DNA of 63,981 nt, counting the filler, from Octopus bimaculoides (taxonomy: Eukaryota): the NCBI RefSeq assembly GCF_001194135.2. It is 5 parts of 5 records of this genome, joined end to end, with 100 filler letters (N's around TTAATTAATTAA, not from the genome) between each part and the next. Parts side by side here need not be neighbours in the genome. Positions count along the whole stretch, not along the records: positions 1 to 27,711 come from NC_068982.1; positions 27,812 to 40,360 come from NC_068994.1; 3 more parts are not named here. One strand, 5' to 3'. The notes beneath the pieces were generated by a model. It did no database searches. It saw only the letters and a list, made by a program, of their open reading frames with translations, and was not told the DNA's origin. The translations under genes and the position numbers were made by a program. Of this stretch, positions 14,486 to 28,117 are shown one piece after another. The first letter of the stretch is position 1. Each line of letters begins with the position of its first letter.

Positions 14486-15590
14486 TATATACATATAGAA
14501 TGGTGGTGGTGGTGGTGGTGGTGGCGATGTTGTTAGTAGTGATGCAACATGAAAGCGGGTATCGAAACTGCAACTGCAAGACCTCACAGACACAATCACA
14601 GACAGACACCGACATCAGTGCAGCGACGGTGGTGCAACTGCACAGTCAGACTGCAGTATCATGCAATGTAGGGCAAATCACATCGTGTCTAATTTGATGA
14701 AATGCACAAATGTGCATCTCACTGGAGGGGGGTGGGGGTTGAGGAGAAGAAGAAGAAGAAGAAGAAGAAGAAGAAGAAGAAAGAGTGTGTGCACACTGTG
14801 CATTTCTACAAACTTCGGGGTGGAGTGGGGTGGGGGATGGGGTAAAATGCACTCAGTTAATTCCTTGTGAAATGCTAGAGAAAGGAATGCAGTATTGCAC
14901 ACTCCAACAATGAAGTCGGTGCAACTGCAAAACCACTTAGATGGCGGGAGGAGGGGGAGTGGGAGGACTACAGTAGCAAAAACAACAACAACAATAATAA
15001 TAATAGTTCTAAGAATGGTTCTAAGAAAGCTGAAGATTGTGATGATGTAACATTGGATATAATGAAGAACAGTGTAGCAGTAACAACAGCAGAGCAGGGA
15101 GATCGAGCTGCTAGAAATAGCAGCCAAGTCTCCCACTTCATAACACATCATGCCACCTTAAAAATACAGACGGGATGGTCATGAGTGGAATGCTATTGAT
15201 CGTGGGTATGCTCACTCAGAGCTCACTTGGGATTAAATAACAGCAACATCAGTGATGATCATTTCTATCATTGATACAAGACCAGAAATTGTAGTGGAAG
15301 AAGTCAGGTAACAGTCAGTTATGTTCACCCCAGCACTTGGCTAAGTATATCATTCTATTGACCCTGGACGGGTAACAGGCATAACTGACCTCAGTGGGAT
15401 TTGAACTCAGAATATAAAGAGCCATAACAAATAACTGCAGGGGATTTCATCTGACACTCTAATCTTTTTATAAACTACAAAGGTGAAAACTGAGAGAAGC
15501 CTCCCCACCACCACCACCACCACCACCATCCGTGCCTGTCCTGTGCAGGACATATTTTTCTGGCATCCATGCATTATATATGATACACGC

Positions 15591-15818
15591 TCTTTTACTC
15601 TCTTATTTGTTTTAGTCATTTGACTGTGGCCATGCTGGAGTACCGCCTTTTAGTTGATCGAATTGACCCCAGGACTTATTCTTTGTAAGCCTAGTACTTA
15701 TTCTATCGGTCTCTTTTGCCGAACTGCTAAGTTACGGGGACGTAAACACACCACCATCGGTTGTCAAGCGATGTTGGGGGGGAGGGGGGCAATCACAAAC
15801 ACACAAACATATACACGC

Positions 15819-15858
<40 letters not shown>

Positions 15859-16009
15859 GACGGGCTTCTTTCAGTTTCCGTCTACCAAATCCACTCACAA
15901 GGCTTTGGTCGGCCCGAGGCTATAGTAGGAGACACTTGCCCAAGGTGCCACACAGTGGGACTGAACCCGGAACCATGTGGTTGGTAAGCAAGCTACTTAC
16001 CACACAGCC
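15591..16009 (-). mobile_element. SINE family A, full-length copy
   Basis: Complete head-to-tail match to the other copies, reverse orientation, CpGs retained. Confidence 0.9.
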
Positions 16010-16226
16010 GTCAAGCGTCAGAGTAATTTGGGACTTTGAAAGGAAAGGAAAGCCTTATATCACTCAGAAGGTATGAAACAAGGACTAACTTAAAAGCCTG
16101 AAAACAAACATGGACGTTTAGGACAAATTTATTAAAAAGGATTCAGGCAGGGAAAGGGTTGAGGGCCAGAGTACAAAATGGGGGAGATTTACACAGAAAA
16201 CAGATGAGTAGGAGTGGCTGTCAATA

Positions 16227-16391
16227 GGCACAGGAGTGGCTGTGTGGTAAGTAGCTTGCTTACCAACCACATGGTTCTAGGTTCAGTCCCACTGCGTGGC
16301 ATCTTGGGCAAGTGTCTTCTACTATAGCCTCGGGCCGACCAAAGCCTTGTGAGTGGATTTGGTAGATGGAAACTGAAAGAAGCCCGTCGAA

Positions 16392-16444
<53 letters not shown>

Positions 16445-16655
16445 TTGTGTGTTTGTTCCCCCCTAGCATTGCTTGACAACCGATGCTGGTGTGTTTATGT
16501 CCCCGTCACTTAGTGGTTTGGCAAAAGAGACCGATAGAATAAGTACTAGGCTTACAAAGAATAAATCCCAGGGTCGATTTGTTCGACGAAAGGTGGTGCT
16601 CCAGCATAGCCAGTCAAACGACTAAAACAAGTAAAAGAGTAAAAGAGTAAAGAGT
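16227..16655 (+). mobile_element. SINE family A, full-length copy
   Basis: Begins ggcacaggagtggctgtgtggtaagtagcttgc and ends in gtaaaagagtaaaagag tail repeats. Confidence 0.9.
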
Positions 16656-18655
16656 ATACTATGTATACTTGTGTTATAGAGCATCAGGGGGTGGGTCCAT
16701 ATCACCTAGGGGCTAATCAATGATCTCTCACAGATCCATGATTATCGTAACTACTAAACTCAGGTGTTCTTTCCGCATTATATGCCCCAGCCTACAGGCA
16801 CATGTTGAGGATAGATTCATTCACTGAGGCCCTGCACATTGCGCTCAGTAATCTTTGAACGGATTTACTGGAGGACAGAACTTCCCTCTCTCACACTCAC
16901 CTTCCATTCTAAGTCAATGAGGTGAATAATTTCCAATACGGGTACAAGGCCAGAAATAGGTACCAGTCAAGTATCAAAGTTAATTAATTGATTAATCAAC
17001 TGGGACTTTATTTTATTCATCATCATCATCATCATCATCATCATTTAATGTCTGCTTTCCATGCTGGCATGGGTTGGACAGTTTGACCGGGGCTGGCCAG
17101 CTGGAGGGCTGCACCAGGCACCAGTTGTCTGTTTTGGCATGGCTTCTATGACTGGATGCCCTTTCTAATGTCAACCACTTTACAGAATGTACTGGGTGCT
17201 TTTTAGGTGTCACCAGCAGGGTTGCCAAGTAACTTCTAAGACAAAAGACCTCTTAGTTGAGAGAAGTAGAACCAAGGAAAGTAGTTGTGTGCCAGGCTAG
17301 GGGTCAGAGTACAACAGAGGGACAGAGATAATTGTCTTACCATAGACGAGATACTTGGCCACCCCAGCAGGATAAGGAAGGTGGGAAAGAATTAGAGACA
17401 AAGATAGAGAGACAGTCAGAGACCTTGGAAAAATGAAAGGCACAAACTTCTTTACATGAAAGTAGGTAAGGGTTAGCAATAAAAAGGGCATGCAACTGTA
17501 AAAGCAATGCTTCAAAAATATGCATTTGTCTAATTTAGGGGTTGGCAACCTTTTTTTAAGAAGTGGGCTGCATAAAACATGACTTATCATCAGAAAGACC
17601 ACACTACTAACAAAATCTAATGAAACTTTTCATTAGATGTGTCGTTCAGAAAGTGTCACTGTCCACAGTTTGCCCATGACTTGTCTAACCCATGCTGGCT
17701 TGCAAAAACAGACATAAAACAAACAAGCTAATATGTACTCTCACTTTGAGAGTACATAAATGCAGTGTAGTACAAGTAGTTATACAACCGTCTTGGAAAC
17801 AAAAGATACAGTTTCAATACCCAACAGAGAATTTCTAGTTGTTTTTCTAATCACAAACTGTTATCATAGTGTATATGTTAAATTTTACCTACTAATTTAT
17901 ATATTACTCTCTATCTCTCTCTACATGTGTGTATGTGCACACACACACACACACGCATATATACACACATATGTATACATCTATACATATACACACATAT
18001 ATACACATATACACACATATATATGCATTAACATACATACACATATATGAATATATACATACATATACACATATATGTAAACACATACATGCACATATAT
18101 ATCAATTACATACATATACATACATACATATATGCATATGTGTGTGTGTGTGTGTGTGTGTGTGACAGGAAGTGGGAGAGACCTTAAAAAGAGAGTAATA
18201 ATGTAAAGGGTGATGAAGCAGAGAAATGTTTACATTTTAAACATAAGAGAGAGAGAGAGGTGAAAGAGAGTACTGCATAGTTGTGTACCTTTAATAGAAC
18301 TCTCTACAAAGAAAACATGATAAAAAGAAATAATGAGAAAATGCACCGAGAGAGAGGAGAGAATAGTGGATGTCGTTCCCTATTTGAACTATGTCCTAAA
18401 TTCATGAGAATTTTGGTGTTTTAATCTTAATAACAAGCAAATCAAGGAAGATGTGCCCGTAGCAGCAGTGGCAAGCAATAATAATGGTTGTGTCTGTTTT
18501 GCTAATTATTTCTTTATTTATATATATATTTATTTGCTTTATTTATTTCTTGCCTTCTATATTTGCTTTGTTAAATGACACAGGCAAAACTTTGATAATG
18601 TAATCAAGATAGAATGCACAGCTGTGTTAATGCCTCTTCTGCTGATTCTCCTTAC

Positions 18656-18724
18656 TTGTCTGCTGCTGCCTTCGGGCATCTGGGGGATTTAGTTCACAGC
18701 TTGTGACTTCAGTGGTGCTGACAT
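18656..18724 (-). CDS. Candidate downstream SGSM exon: VSTTEVTSCELNPPDARRQQQT
   Basis: Acceptor ctcattcacag and donor CAA|gtaagg. 69 nt, open in phase 1 to 1, compatible with the exon ending at 62831. It would lie in the variable linker before the conserved LC..M..QI.SRAFYGW motif. No homology support is visible. Confidence 0.45.
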
Positions 18725-20009
18725 CTGTGAATGAGTTGTAACATTAGCAATAGATTGGTTTGGTGCTGTAAAGAGCCAAGTTCCTAGTTACTGCTCCACT
18801 TCAAAGACTCTTCAAATACTACAAAGATGTTAGCTATCACATGGACCTTAAATACGCTTCTTCCTTTTCTTTTGCTTCCTCCTCCTCCTCCTCCTCCTCT
18901 CCCCTTTTTTTTCTTTTCCTTCTATTTTTTTGTTTGTTTGTTTTATTTTGGTTCTGTTCTGCTTTGTTGAAAGGTTACATGTCATATGCTAGGTATTTAG
19001 TTTAACAAACATATTAGTCAAAGCAGAAACAGCATTAGTAGTCTCACTTGTAAAGCATCATCTGTCATATTAAACAGCAAACTATTGCGATTCCGATAGT
19101 GCAAAGGGTTGAAGGTTTGCAGAGAGTACAGTTGCATGTTGAGAAAAACAGCAACGATAAGATAAACTAATCACTACTAACGGACATTGCTTTTGAACTT
19201 CTCTTTGAGACATTCAGATCTGTGGTGACCATGGCAATGGCTCCAGCATCAGTATTAATTATCAGCTGATGAATGTTTTGGAACTGTGGTAGCAGTTTGG
19301 ACGGCATTAAGGAGAGAAAGGAAAGGAAATCAGCATAAAGATGAAAGAAGCTGCAGGAAAAAAAGTTTATATTAGAGACAATTACTAGTGGTATATATTA
19401 TATATATTGAAGAACCACCTACACAAGCATATTGATATACTGTTATATACTTATGCACACACACACAAATATTATTGTCATTTTAATGTTTACTTTTCTG
19501 TGCTTGCATGGGTTGGACAGAGGTCATTGAGGTAGATGGTCTATGGCTGGATGCCTTTCCTATGTGTCACCATTACCGGTTTCTTTCAAAGCAGGACAGG
19601 GTTTTGTAGAAGATTAAAAATGAACAACTCCATTTTTATGATGGTGACACTCATTTACGACTATCATGTGATTTCAAAACAAGACACAAACACAGACACA
19701 CTCACCAATGAGCACACACACACACATGTATACATATATATATAGAGATGCATACATACATATATGCATACACACACACACACACACACACACGCAACAG
19801 GCCTCTTTGAATTTCTGCCTACCAAATCCACACAAAAGGCTTTGCTCCGCCAGGGGCTATGGTAGATGGTAACTGTCCAAGGTGTCATACAGTGGGACTA
19901 AACCCAAAATTACATGGTTGGGAAGCAAACATTTTTACCACACAGCCATGTCTGTGTGAGCATATATATCATCATTGTTTCATCATCATCATCATCATCA
20001 GTTTATACC

Positions 20010-20520
20010 CATTTTTCTTTGATTGTACATGTTGGATGGATGGTCTTGTCTACTGTAGTGTCACACCACTTGTGAGGTTCTTTGTCAACAACTTCATAAA
20101 GTTCAGCCTTTTTATGATCACTTTTCACCACTTGTTCCAATGTCTGCCTCACCCTCTTCCACAGGTTCTTTCCACTTGGATCACCTGATATTCCTCTGGT
20201 ATTACAATTGACCTTCAGACATATCTTGATCAACTTGGTTTCCTCTTTGTACACTACAGCTGATCTTTCTCATTCCCTGTTTTCAGTTTTCTTTTAGTTC
20301 GTTTGTGGTTCATCATTCATTCACACAAATATTAGACATCCAATGGAGCATGTAGGACTCATTTCTTTCCAGTTTTTGCATCCAATGCCCATGTTTTGCT
20401 ACCATGCAACATTGAACTTTATACATAAGCATCATACAATTTGCCCTTCACTCTCAGAGAAAATCCATTGGCAGCTAGCAAACATGATATTTCCTTAAAC
20501 CTTTTTACACCCTATTTTCT
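20010..20520 (-). mobile_element. RTE-clade LINE 3' remnant
   Basis: Degenerate post-RT text (SSMLHGSKTWAL-like, ERNESYMLHWMSNICVNE, GDPSGKNLW) followed by a (GAT)n tail. Confidence 0.55.
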
Positions 20521-22238
20521 CTCCGGTTACTAAACCTACAAAATAGATTCTCATCATAAGACTAAATGCAAGAAAGCTAAATTTGAAGAAAGCTGAATTT
20601 AAATGACCTAAAACAAAAAATAGGAGAGCTTGAAAGATCAAAACCTCAGAAAGTCAAATTTTGAAATAGTTTAGGGGTAAAATAATGTGGAAAACAACCT
20701 TAAAAGACATCTATTTGTGGTTCTGAAAGGGAATTTATAATAACATATTTATTGTTATTCTGCTAAATCAGAATAATAAAGGTAAGCAAGAAAGGTCTTC
20801 TTATTTACTTACACGGCGATGATGATGATGATAGAAGCATATTTGCAGGGATAAGATAATGAAGACCTAAGTGAAAACTGAAATAGTTTATTTATTAAAT
20901 ACTTCCCTTCTTTAAATTCTCTTATTATTTAATAGTTTCCTTTTTTTTCTTTTAATACAAATGTAAACAAATCAAACAATAAAAAGACTGAACTTTCTGT
21001 CAGTATTATAAAGCAGAAGAGCGAAAGCAAAGAGAGATAAGCATATGCATGAGGAGAAAAACATTTGATAATGAGGCAACTTTAAGAACAGAATATTCAA
21101 AAAAGGTAACTATTTAAGTTTTTGTTTATGTCTTTGATATGAATCCCTACAATATACTTTTATCATTATCATTCTGTGATAAAGAAATCATTATTATTTT
21201 CTGTAAGCAAATATGTTCACCGTATCTCACATGCCTTTGTTATTTTGACACAGCTTAATATAAAAAAAGTAAATGTTATAATATGTTTCTCAAATAAACT
21301 ACATTTGAAACGATGAATAAATGTTTTTAAGAGCATTTTTCCTCTTATTTTCCCCTAAAATAGTTATATACTGATATAACATTACATAATAAAAGGAGGA
21401 AATATGCTTCTCAAATAATCTCTATTATCAAACTACTATTTTTCTTCTAAAATAGTTATTCTGATGTAGCATAATAAAAGAAGAAAATATGCTACAATAT
21501 GTTTGTTGAATAAACTGTAAATATATACATTTTAAGGTCAATTTTCATATTTTACCCCTGCATATTTCAAAACTCAATATTCTGAGCATCAAGCCTTTCA
21601 AGTCTCTGGATTATTAAGTCATTTGAATTTTGTCTTCTCATGTTCAGTCTTATGACACAAATCCTTTTGAACACCTACACCCACTGCTAATTAAGTCACC
21701 TAATTAAGTCACAAAAGCTATAATCTACTTCTAAGGAGTTTTTCAAACATTTGAAAGGATACATATACAGACCACTAACCACTCTTGTTTATTTATGACA
21801 TACAAAATCTTCTCTCTCACAGCTAATTTATGATCACACTGCATATTTTGTGCACCCGTAGCTCAGCGCAAGCATGGCTGTGTAGTAAGAAGCTTGCTTC
21901 CCAACCACATGGTCCAAGGTTCAGTCCCACTGCATGGTACCTTGGGCAAGTGTCTTCTGCTATAGCCTCACACTGATTAAAGCCTTGTGAGTGGATTTGG
22001 TAGACGGAAACTAAAAGAAGCCCATTGATCGTGGTCGATGCCAGCTCCTCTGGAGTGGTTGGTGGTAGGAAGGGCATCCAGCGGTAGAAACACTGCCAGA
22101 TCAGATTGTGGCCTGGTGCAGCTTCCTGGCTTCCCAGACCCCAGTCGAACCGTCCAAGCCATGCCAGCATGGAAAACGGACGTTAAATGATGATAATGAT
22201 GATATGTATGTTTGTGTGTCCATGTTTGGACACACAAA

Positions 22239-22269
<31 letters not shown>

Positions 22270-22849
22270 TTAAACATATACTTAATATTATATCGTCTTT
22301 ATTAGATTGTTTGTCAACAAAATTAATCCTATTTCAATTCTTTGTGACCAAATTCCCAATAGACTTTAACACACTCCCTGAAGTATTGAGTACTTTGTTA
22401 CAAATCTGTAAACCTTTTTCACATGAACACAATACAAGAATATTATATAATTAATGGAGAGTTATTATAGAATGTGGACATTAAACGAAGGAGGAGGAAG
22501 AAGAAGAAGAAGAAGAAGAAGAAGAAGAAGAAGAAGAAGAAGAAGAGTGAACACCAACTAAATGGATAAAGGATTAACAAAAGGTGTAGAGTAAAAATGT
22601 TTTAATAATATATTTTTATAACTGTGATTTCAAAGTTTTGCCAGTAAAGGCACCAAAAACTGATGAAACTTCAAAGTTATTGTCAATAAAATTTATCAAA
22701 CATTGTATGTATGCGTCTGTACATAAACACAAACACATATGGAAATGGAAGATTCTATACCTTCTACTGCTTCCAAAATGTGATGAAAACTGTGAGAAAG
22801 CTTACTCTATATAATATTATGTATGTTATTTTCCGTAAATTATTTTGAA

Positions 22850-23160
22850 TATATTATGTAATTTAATTACCAAGAGGAAACTGGGTATAAGAAGAACTAG
22901 ATTAAGTGTGCAAGAGAAAAAGTTGTGGCTGATACAAAGATACAATGCAAATGGGAGGAGCCTGCAGCAAAGGAAACCAAATAAGACATGGATGGAAGTG
23001 GTGAAGGTGGATCTCCCAAAGGTTGTATGTCATGAAGATGACAAAAGACCACAAGTGGCAAAACACAGTACTGACAAACAAAAATAAGGACCCAGCCAAC
23101 ACATGCAATTATAGCAAAAATAAAATGTAAAACCATGATGTTGGTGGTGATGATGATGAT
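22850..23160 (+). mobile_element. RTE-clade LINE 3' remnant
   Basis: RKLGIRRTRLSVQEKKL...RKPNKTWMEVVKVDL resembles the RTE C-terminal GRPRKTW.EVV..DL motif. Ends in (GAT)n. Confidence 0.55.
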
Positions 23161-23177
23161 GGTGGTGGTGGTGGTGG

Positions 23178-23243
<66 letters not shown>

Positions 23244-26200
23244 AGATATATACTTGTGTGTTCATATGAATATACGTAAGACGAAGGCTTAGCTGGCTGA
23301 AAATTCAAAGTCATTATCAACAACATTCTTGTATAAGAATAATAAATTTTTAGTCTACAAAAGTATAGAGTAACTCATCAGATTAATGTAAAGATGTTTT
23401 TTATTATAAATGAACTTAAAAGCAAACATTAATATACACATATATATGTATGTATAATGTGTATTTATATATATATATATACAACATATTTGCTGACTAA
23501 TTAATGAAGGATCAAGAAAAATATAATGAATATTTCTCAGAATATCTTGAACAATTGGAAAAAAATCATGTGACAGTGAAGGCTTTCGTTCTTGTAAGGG
23601 CTTTTCAGCGACATAATCCTTGACTTAAAACCTTAGAAGATGTTGTTGAAGCTCACGTCAGTTGAAGCAGATTGCAGGCAGCTAGGTAAATGTCTGGCTG
23701 CAGCCACCAATAGGTCCAATGGTCCTTCTATACCTAGCGGGCGGGCATTGAGGCCACCACTACCTACCATGTCATTCAGATACAACTACCTCTCTGTGAT
23801 GGTAATCAGAGTTTAATATGGATCTAAGTCTATTGAGAAATTTAATAACAATTGACTGAGACATAAGTCTATAGTGCAAGTATCTTGGCATCTAGCATTG
23901 TTCCATTCAGCTACAACACCCTAGATGTAGATGTTGCAAGACGAGTGAAGATGAATGGTGAATGATGAATATAAAAAAAAAAAAAATGAAATCATTAACA
24001 AAACTAAGAGGGCCATCGTATCTGATGAGCAACCAACTTGAAGCAAGTCTAACTACTTACCAGCATAACATGCTACTTGTTGCACACATTTTGCATTGTT
24101 AACTTGCATTATTGAGATAAATGCAATAATGATATTGTATAGCAGCTTCTTTTATAAAGCAGTAACAACTACATAACATCCATGGGGACGGACACATGGG
24201 AACAGACGGATACACACACAAACACATATACACACAGGGACGAATACACACATACACATATACGCACAGGGATGGATACACACACACACACACAGAGTCC
24301 ACTCTGATGGTTACCTCAAGTGCATACCTGAACATGAGAAGTTCAAATATAGATTGAGATGTTTCTCGGCTACACCAGGCATCACATCATATTGTGTAAA
24401 TATTCAGAAAATAAATCTGATGGATAGAAGGAAAAGCAGTGTGTGAGAGCCATAGCTTGAGAATAAGTATTGAACTGACATCTCCATTCCCCCCCCCCCG
24501 CCAAAAAAAAAGACAATATTAAGTCAATACTACAACATAATGAACCACTTGTCAATTTTGTTATACTCCCCAATGGGTCAGCAACATGTTTGTTGCCTAC
24601 TAACAGTCAGGTGGACTGGAGCAATTCAGAGATAAAAGTGCAAAACAGGGATGGTGACCAAGGGTTGTTGCTGCTAGGTTACCCTACTTCCTTGGAACCA
24701 TCACCTTGTATGCCCCCCCCCCATCCTACATACACACATACGTGCATATGCATATACATACACAACCTACAGACACACATACATGTATACACAGATACAC
24801 ACAGAGAATTTTCTGATTTCCTTTGAAAATATCTGTCTGAAAATTTCCAGCGGTAATTAGAGAAATAGGATACATGCATACAACTGTATGATTATCAGTG
24901 TGTTTGTGAGTATGCGTGTATATATAAACACACACACACACACGTGCATGCACGCATACACATGTATATATATATAACTCTGTGTCTATGTGTGTGTGTG
25001 AGACACACACACACACACACAAACATATATATGAAATTATTCTTATATATACATGAGTAACTGCATAATTGCGTCTGAATAAATGGTGGGGGAAAAAGGG
25101 AATTTTATATAAATAAAAAATGACAGCCATGTCAACAACTGGAATGAGATTAGATAACATATGTTTATCAGATAATATAAGTGGTAGTGCGGTAGATATG
25201 AATATGATTCCACACACACACATGCACATGCATGTATGCACATGCACACATGTACACAAGATTGTAGAGCAATGTGTTTTGAAATTACAGATTATATACC
25301 CTGTAGATATATACATTACCACTCTGGTCAGCTGCGATCGCATGTACTGCCAATAATGTGCCCCACTGCCACAATTTCACAAGTGTAGAAATATACGACA
25401 TGACTGTTTACATGAATAGTACATATGTATGTATATGTGTGTGTGCATATATATATATATATATATANNNNNNNNNNNNNNNNNNNNNNNNNNNNNNNNN
25501 NNNNNNNNNNNNNNNNNNNNNNNNNNNNNNNNNNNNNNNNNNNNNNNNNNNNNNNNNNNNNNNNNNNNNNNNNNNNNNNNNNNNNNNNNNNNNNNNNNNN
25601 NNNNNNNNNNNNNNNNNNNNNNNNNNNNNNNNNNNNNNNNNNNNNNNNNNNNNNNNNNNNNNNNNNNNNNNNNNNNNNNNNNNNNNNNNNNNNNNNNNNN
25701 NNNNNNNNNNNNNNNNNNNNNNNNNNNNNNNNNNNNNNNNNNNNNNNNNNNNNNNNNNNNNNNNNNNNNNNNNNNNNNNNNNNNNNNNNNNNNNNNNNNN
25801 NNNNNNNNNNNNNNNNNNNNNNNNNNNNNNNNNNNNNNNNNNNNNNNNNNNNNNNNNNNNNNNNNNNNNNNNNNNNNNNNNNNNNNNNNNNNNNNNNNNN
25901 NNNNNNNNNNNNNNNNNNNNNNNNNNNNNNNNNNNNNNNNNNNNNNNNNNNNNNNNNNNNNNNNNNNNNNNNNNNNNNNNNNNNNNNNNNNNNNNNNNNN
26001 NNNNNNNNNNNNNNNNNNNNNNNNNNNNNNNNNNNNNNNNNNNNNNNNNNNNNNNNNNNNNNNNNNNNNNTGTAGTTTGTGTGTGTACATGCATGTGCAT
26101 TAGCAGGACAACAAAAAGAGTAAGCAAGGAAAGGCCAAAGAGAGTGGGAAAAAAAAACTGAAAACAAAAAAAAAAACTACTAAAGATGTTAAGACAAGCT

Positions 26201-27566
26201 AAAACAAAGAAACTAGACCATTGTCCAGAAATGTCTGGCTGCCTTGAGTCTGGAGAATGTGGTTATTCAGTGAAGAATACACTTGTATTGATTCTGTCTC
26301 TGCTGGAACTTCAGCACATTCCAGTCTGGAGGAGATCAATGCTAGCAATAATATTTCACACTCAACCAGAATGGAATTTTTATTTTACTTTTACTGAAAT
26401 GGCACAGTGTGAGTAGCAGAAGCATGAAGGCTCCTGTTTGTTCTAGTTCTTGTTGTTGTTGTTGTTATTTATTGTAGACATTTTATTATTTTGGGAAGAT
26501 TTTCTTTTTTATTATATTTTGCCGTGAGTTGTTTATCATTTTTTTTTTTAATATTATTTCTGGAAGAAAAAAAATTTTGTTAATTAGATTTCTTCTAGAT
26601 TTTTCAAACTTTTTCATCTCTCTGTCTTCTTAATTCTTCTTAGTGCCTCCTTTTATCAGTTTTTTTCTTAGTATTTTTTTTTTCTTCTCTTCTTGTTTCT
26701 TCTTTTACCTCTTCCCTCTTTATTATTTATTTTTCCCCCTTGATTCTTCAACTTTATTATTATTATTATTGTTATTATTATTATTATTATTGTTGTGGTT
26801 GTTGTTGTTGTTCCTCTCTCCAACTAATGTAGCATTGCTCATGTTACATGGTGAATCTGTGACACAACATAAAATATGCCTTATTGTGTAACACTGTAGC
26901 TGTCCCAGTTACACAGCACATCACTGCCACCACTACACCCACACCTGTGTCAACATTTCCTCATTTCATCAATTCCAGCCATGATCATCCCATTTATTAT
27001 TTATATTATCTTATTATTTATTTGCTTTGTTTTTTTTTTGTTTTGTTTTTTTGGTGCAATTTGTATTTAGAACTTAAGATTCCAATTGATGTTTCTCTCA
27101 AGACAAAGTATGGTTCAAAAATGATTTAGCTGCTAATTCTAGTAGACCAAGTATGGTAACTTCAGAGGCTCCTTTACTGATAGGAGAGGCAGTGGATGAA
27201 AACTACATCCCTAAAGAAATGTGGTGGACACAGGTCACACCCACAGAGATGGAGATCTGGAAGATATAAACCACAATCAGGGAAGATGGTAGATGCAGAC
27301 CACACCCATAGAGGGAAGTGGTGGACACAGACCACACCCATAAACCACCAATATAATAAAACAAATATACAAACAATATAAGGCCACCTGTACTCATAGG
27401 AAAAATTGTGTCACCATAAAAGGCATTAATGTCTTTTTGAACATGGCCCAGTCAGATCAGCTGGTGTATAAGGAAGTTAGCTGGAATCTTCCCACCAAAG
27501 AGTCTGGTTGAAATTTCTAGAAACTCCACAGGGGTTATAAAGCTGACAAGCTGAGTCATAGGCAAG

Positions 27567-27711
27567 GCCATTTAGAAGTCCATGTAGAGCCATCTAGAAG
27601 TCCATATAGAGCCATCTAGAAGTCCATATAGAGCCATCTAGAAGTCCATATAGAGCCATCTAGAAGTCCATATAGAGCCATCTAGAAGTCCATATAGAGC
27701 CATCTAGAAGT
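27567..27711. repeat. 22-bp minisatellite (CATCTAGAAGTCCATATAGAGC)n, about 6 copies running into a gap
   Basis: Direct tandem repetition is visible. Confidence 0.95.
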
Positions 27712-27811
27712 NNNNNNNNNNNNNNNNNNNNNNNNNNNNNNNNNNNNNNNNNNNNTTAATTAATTAANNNNNNNNNNNNNNNNNNNNNNNNNNNNNNNNN
27801 NNNNNNNNNNN
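27712..27811. other. Artificial 100-bp scaffold join 44N-TTAATTAATTAA-44N (also 40361-40460, 52202-52301, 62508-62607)
   Basis: An identical six-frame stop linker is centred in N runs four times (27756, 40405, 52246, 62552). Confidence 0.95.
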
Positions 27812-27899
27812 ATATGAATAGCATATGGGAACCGGTATTGAGGAAGGATAGAAAAATAATAGATTTATAAGCCTTAAAATTCACCCCATAATTGCCCAC

Positions 27900-27975
27900 G
27901 GGCATATGGCGTAGTGGTTAAGAGCGCGGGCTACTAACCCCAAGATTCCGAGTTCGATTCACGGCAGCGACCTGA
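27900..27975 (+). mobile_element. tRNA-derived SINE head (Pol III internal promoter), not a functional tRNA
   Basis: A box TGGCGTAGTGG at 27907-27917 and B box GAGTTCGATTC at 27950-27960. The anticodon stem is only partly paired and there is no good acceptor stem. Confidence 0.7.
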
Positions 27976-28028
27976 TTAATAATAGTAACATCGATAGGAA
28001 TGAGAACCCAGGTTCAAAATTTCCCCAA

Positions 28029-28074
28029 GACACCTGACGAAGGCTGGAGGGTATATCAGCCGAAACGTTGTGTT
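28029..28074 (+). ncRNA. Putative minimal type I hammerhead ribozyme
   Basis: Stem I GACAC/GTGTT, core CTGACGA plus one extra A, stem II GGCTG-(10 nt)-CAGCC, GAAA, palindromic AACGTT as stem III, and a GUU cleavage triplet ending at 28069. Confidence 0.65.
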
Positions 28075-28117
28075 AACAACAAACAAGATGAGGACGAATA
28101 TCCGTCAAATGTAAATA

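Noticed and set aside
26219-26341. 123-nt in-phase SGSM exon candidate (LISSRLECAEVPAETES...)
   Set aside because: The frame is open, but the acceptor lacks a pyrimidine tract, the donor (gtctag) is weak, and there is no homology.
27567-27711. CRISPR array
   Set aside because: Contiguous tandem units with no spacers, in a eukaryotic context.
27756-27767. Recurrent TTAATTAATTAA motif (four copies) as a biological element
   Set aside because: Always centred between two 44-N runs; it is a synthetic six-frame stop linker.
27900-27975. A genuine tRNA gene
   Set aside because: The anticodon and acceptor stems do not pair properly; it is a SINE-type head.
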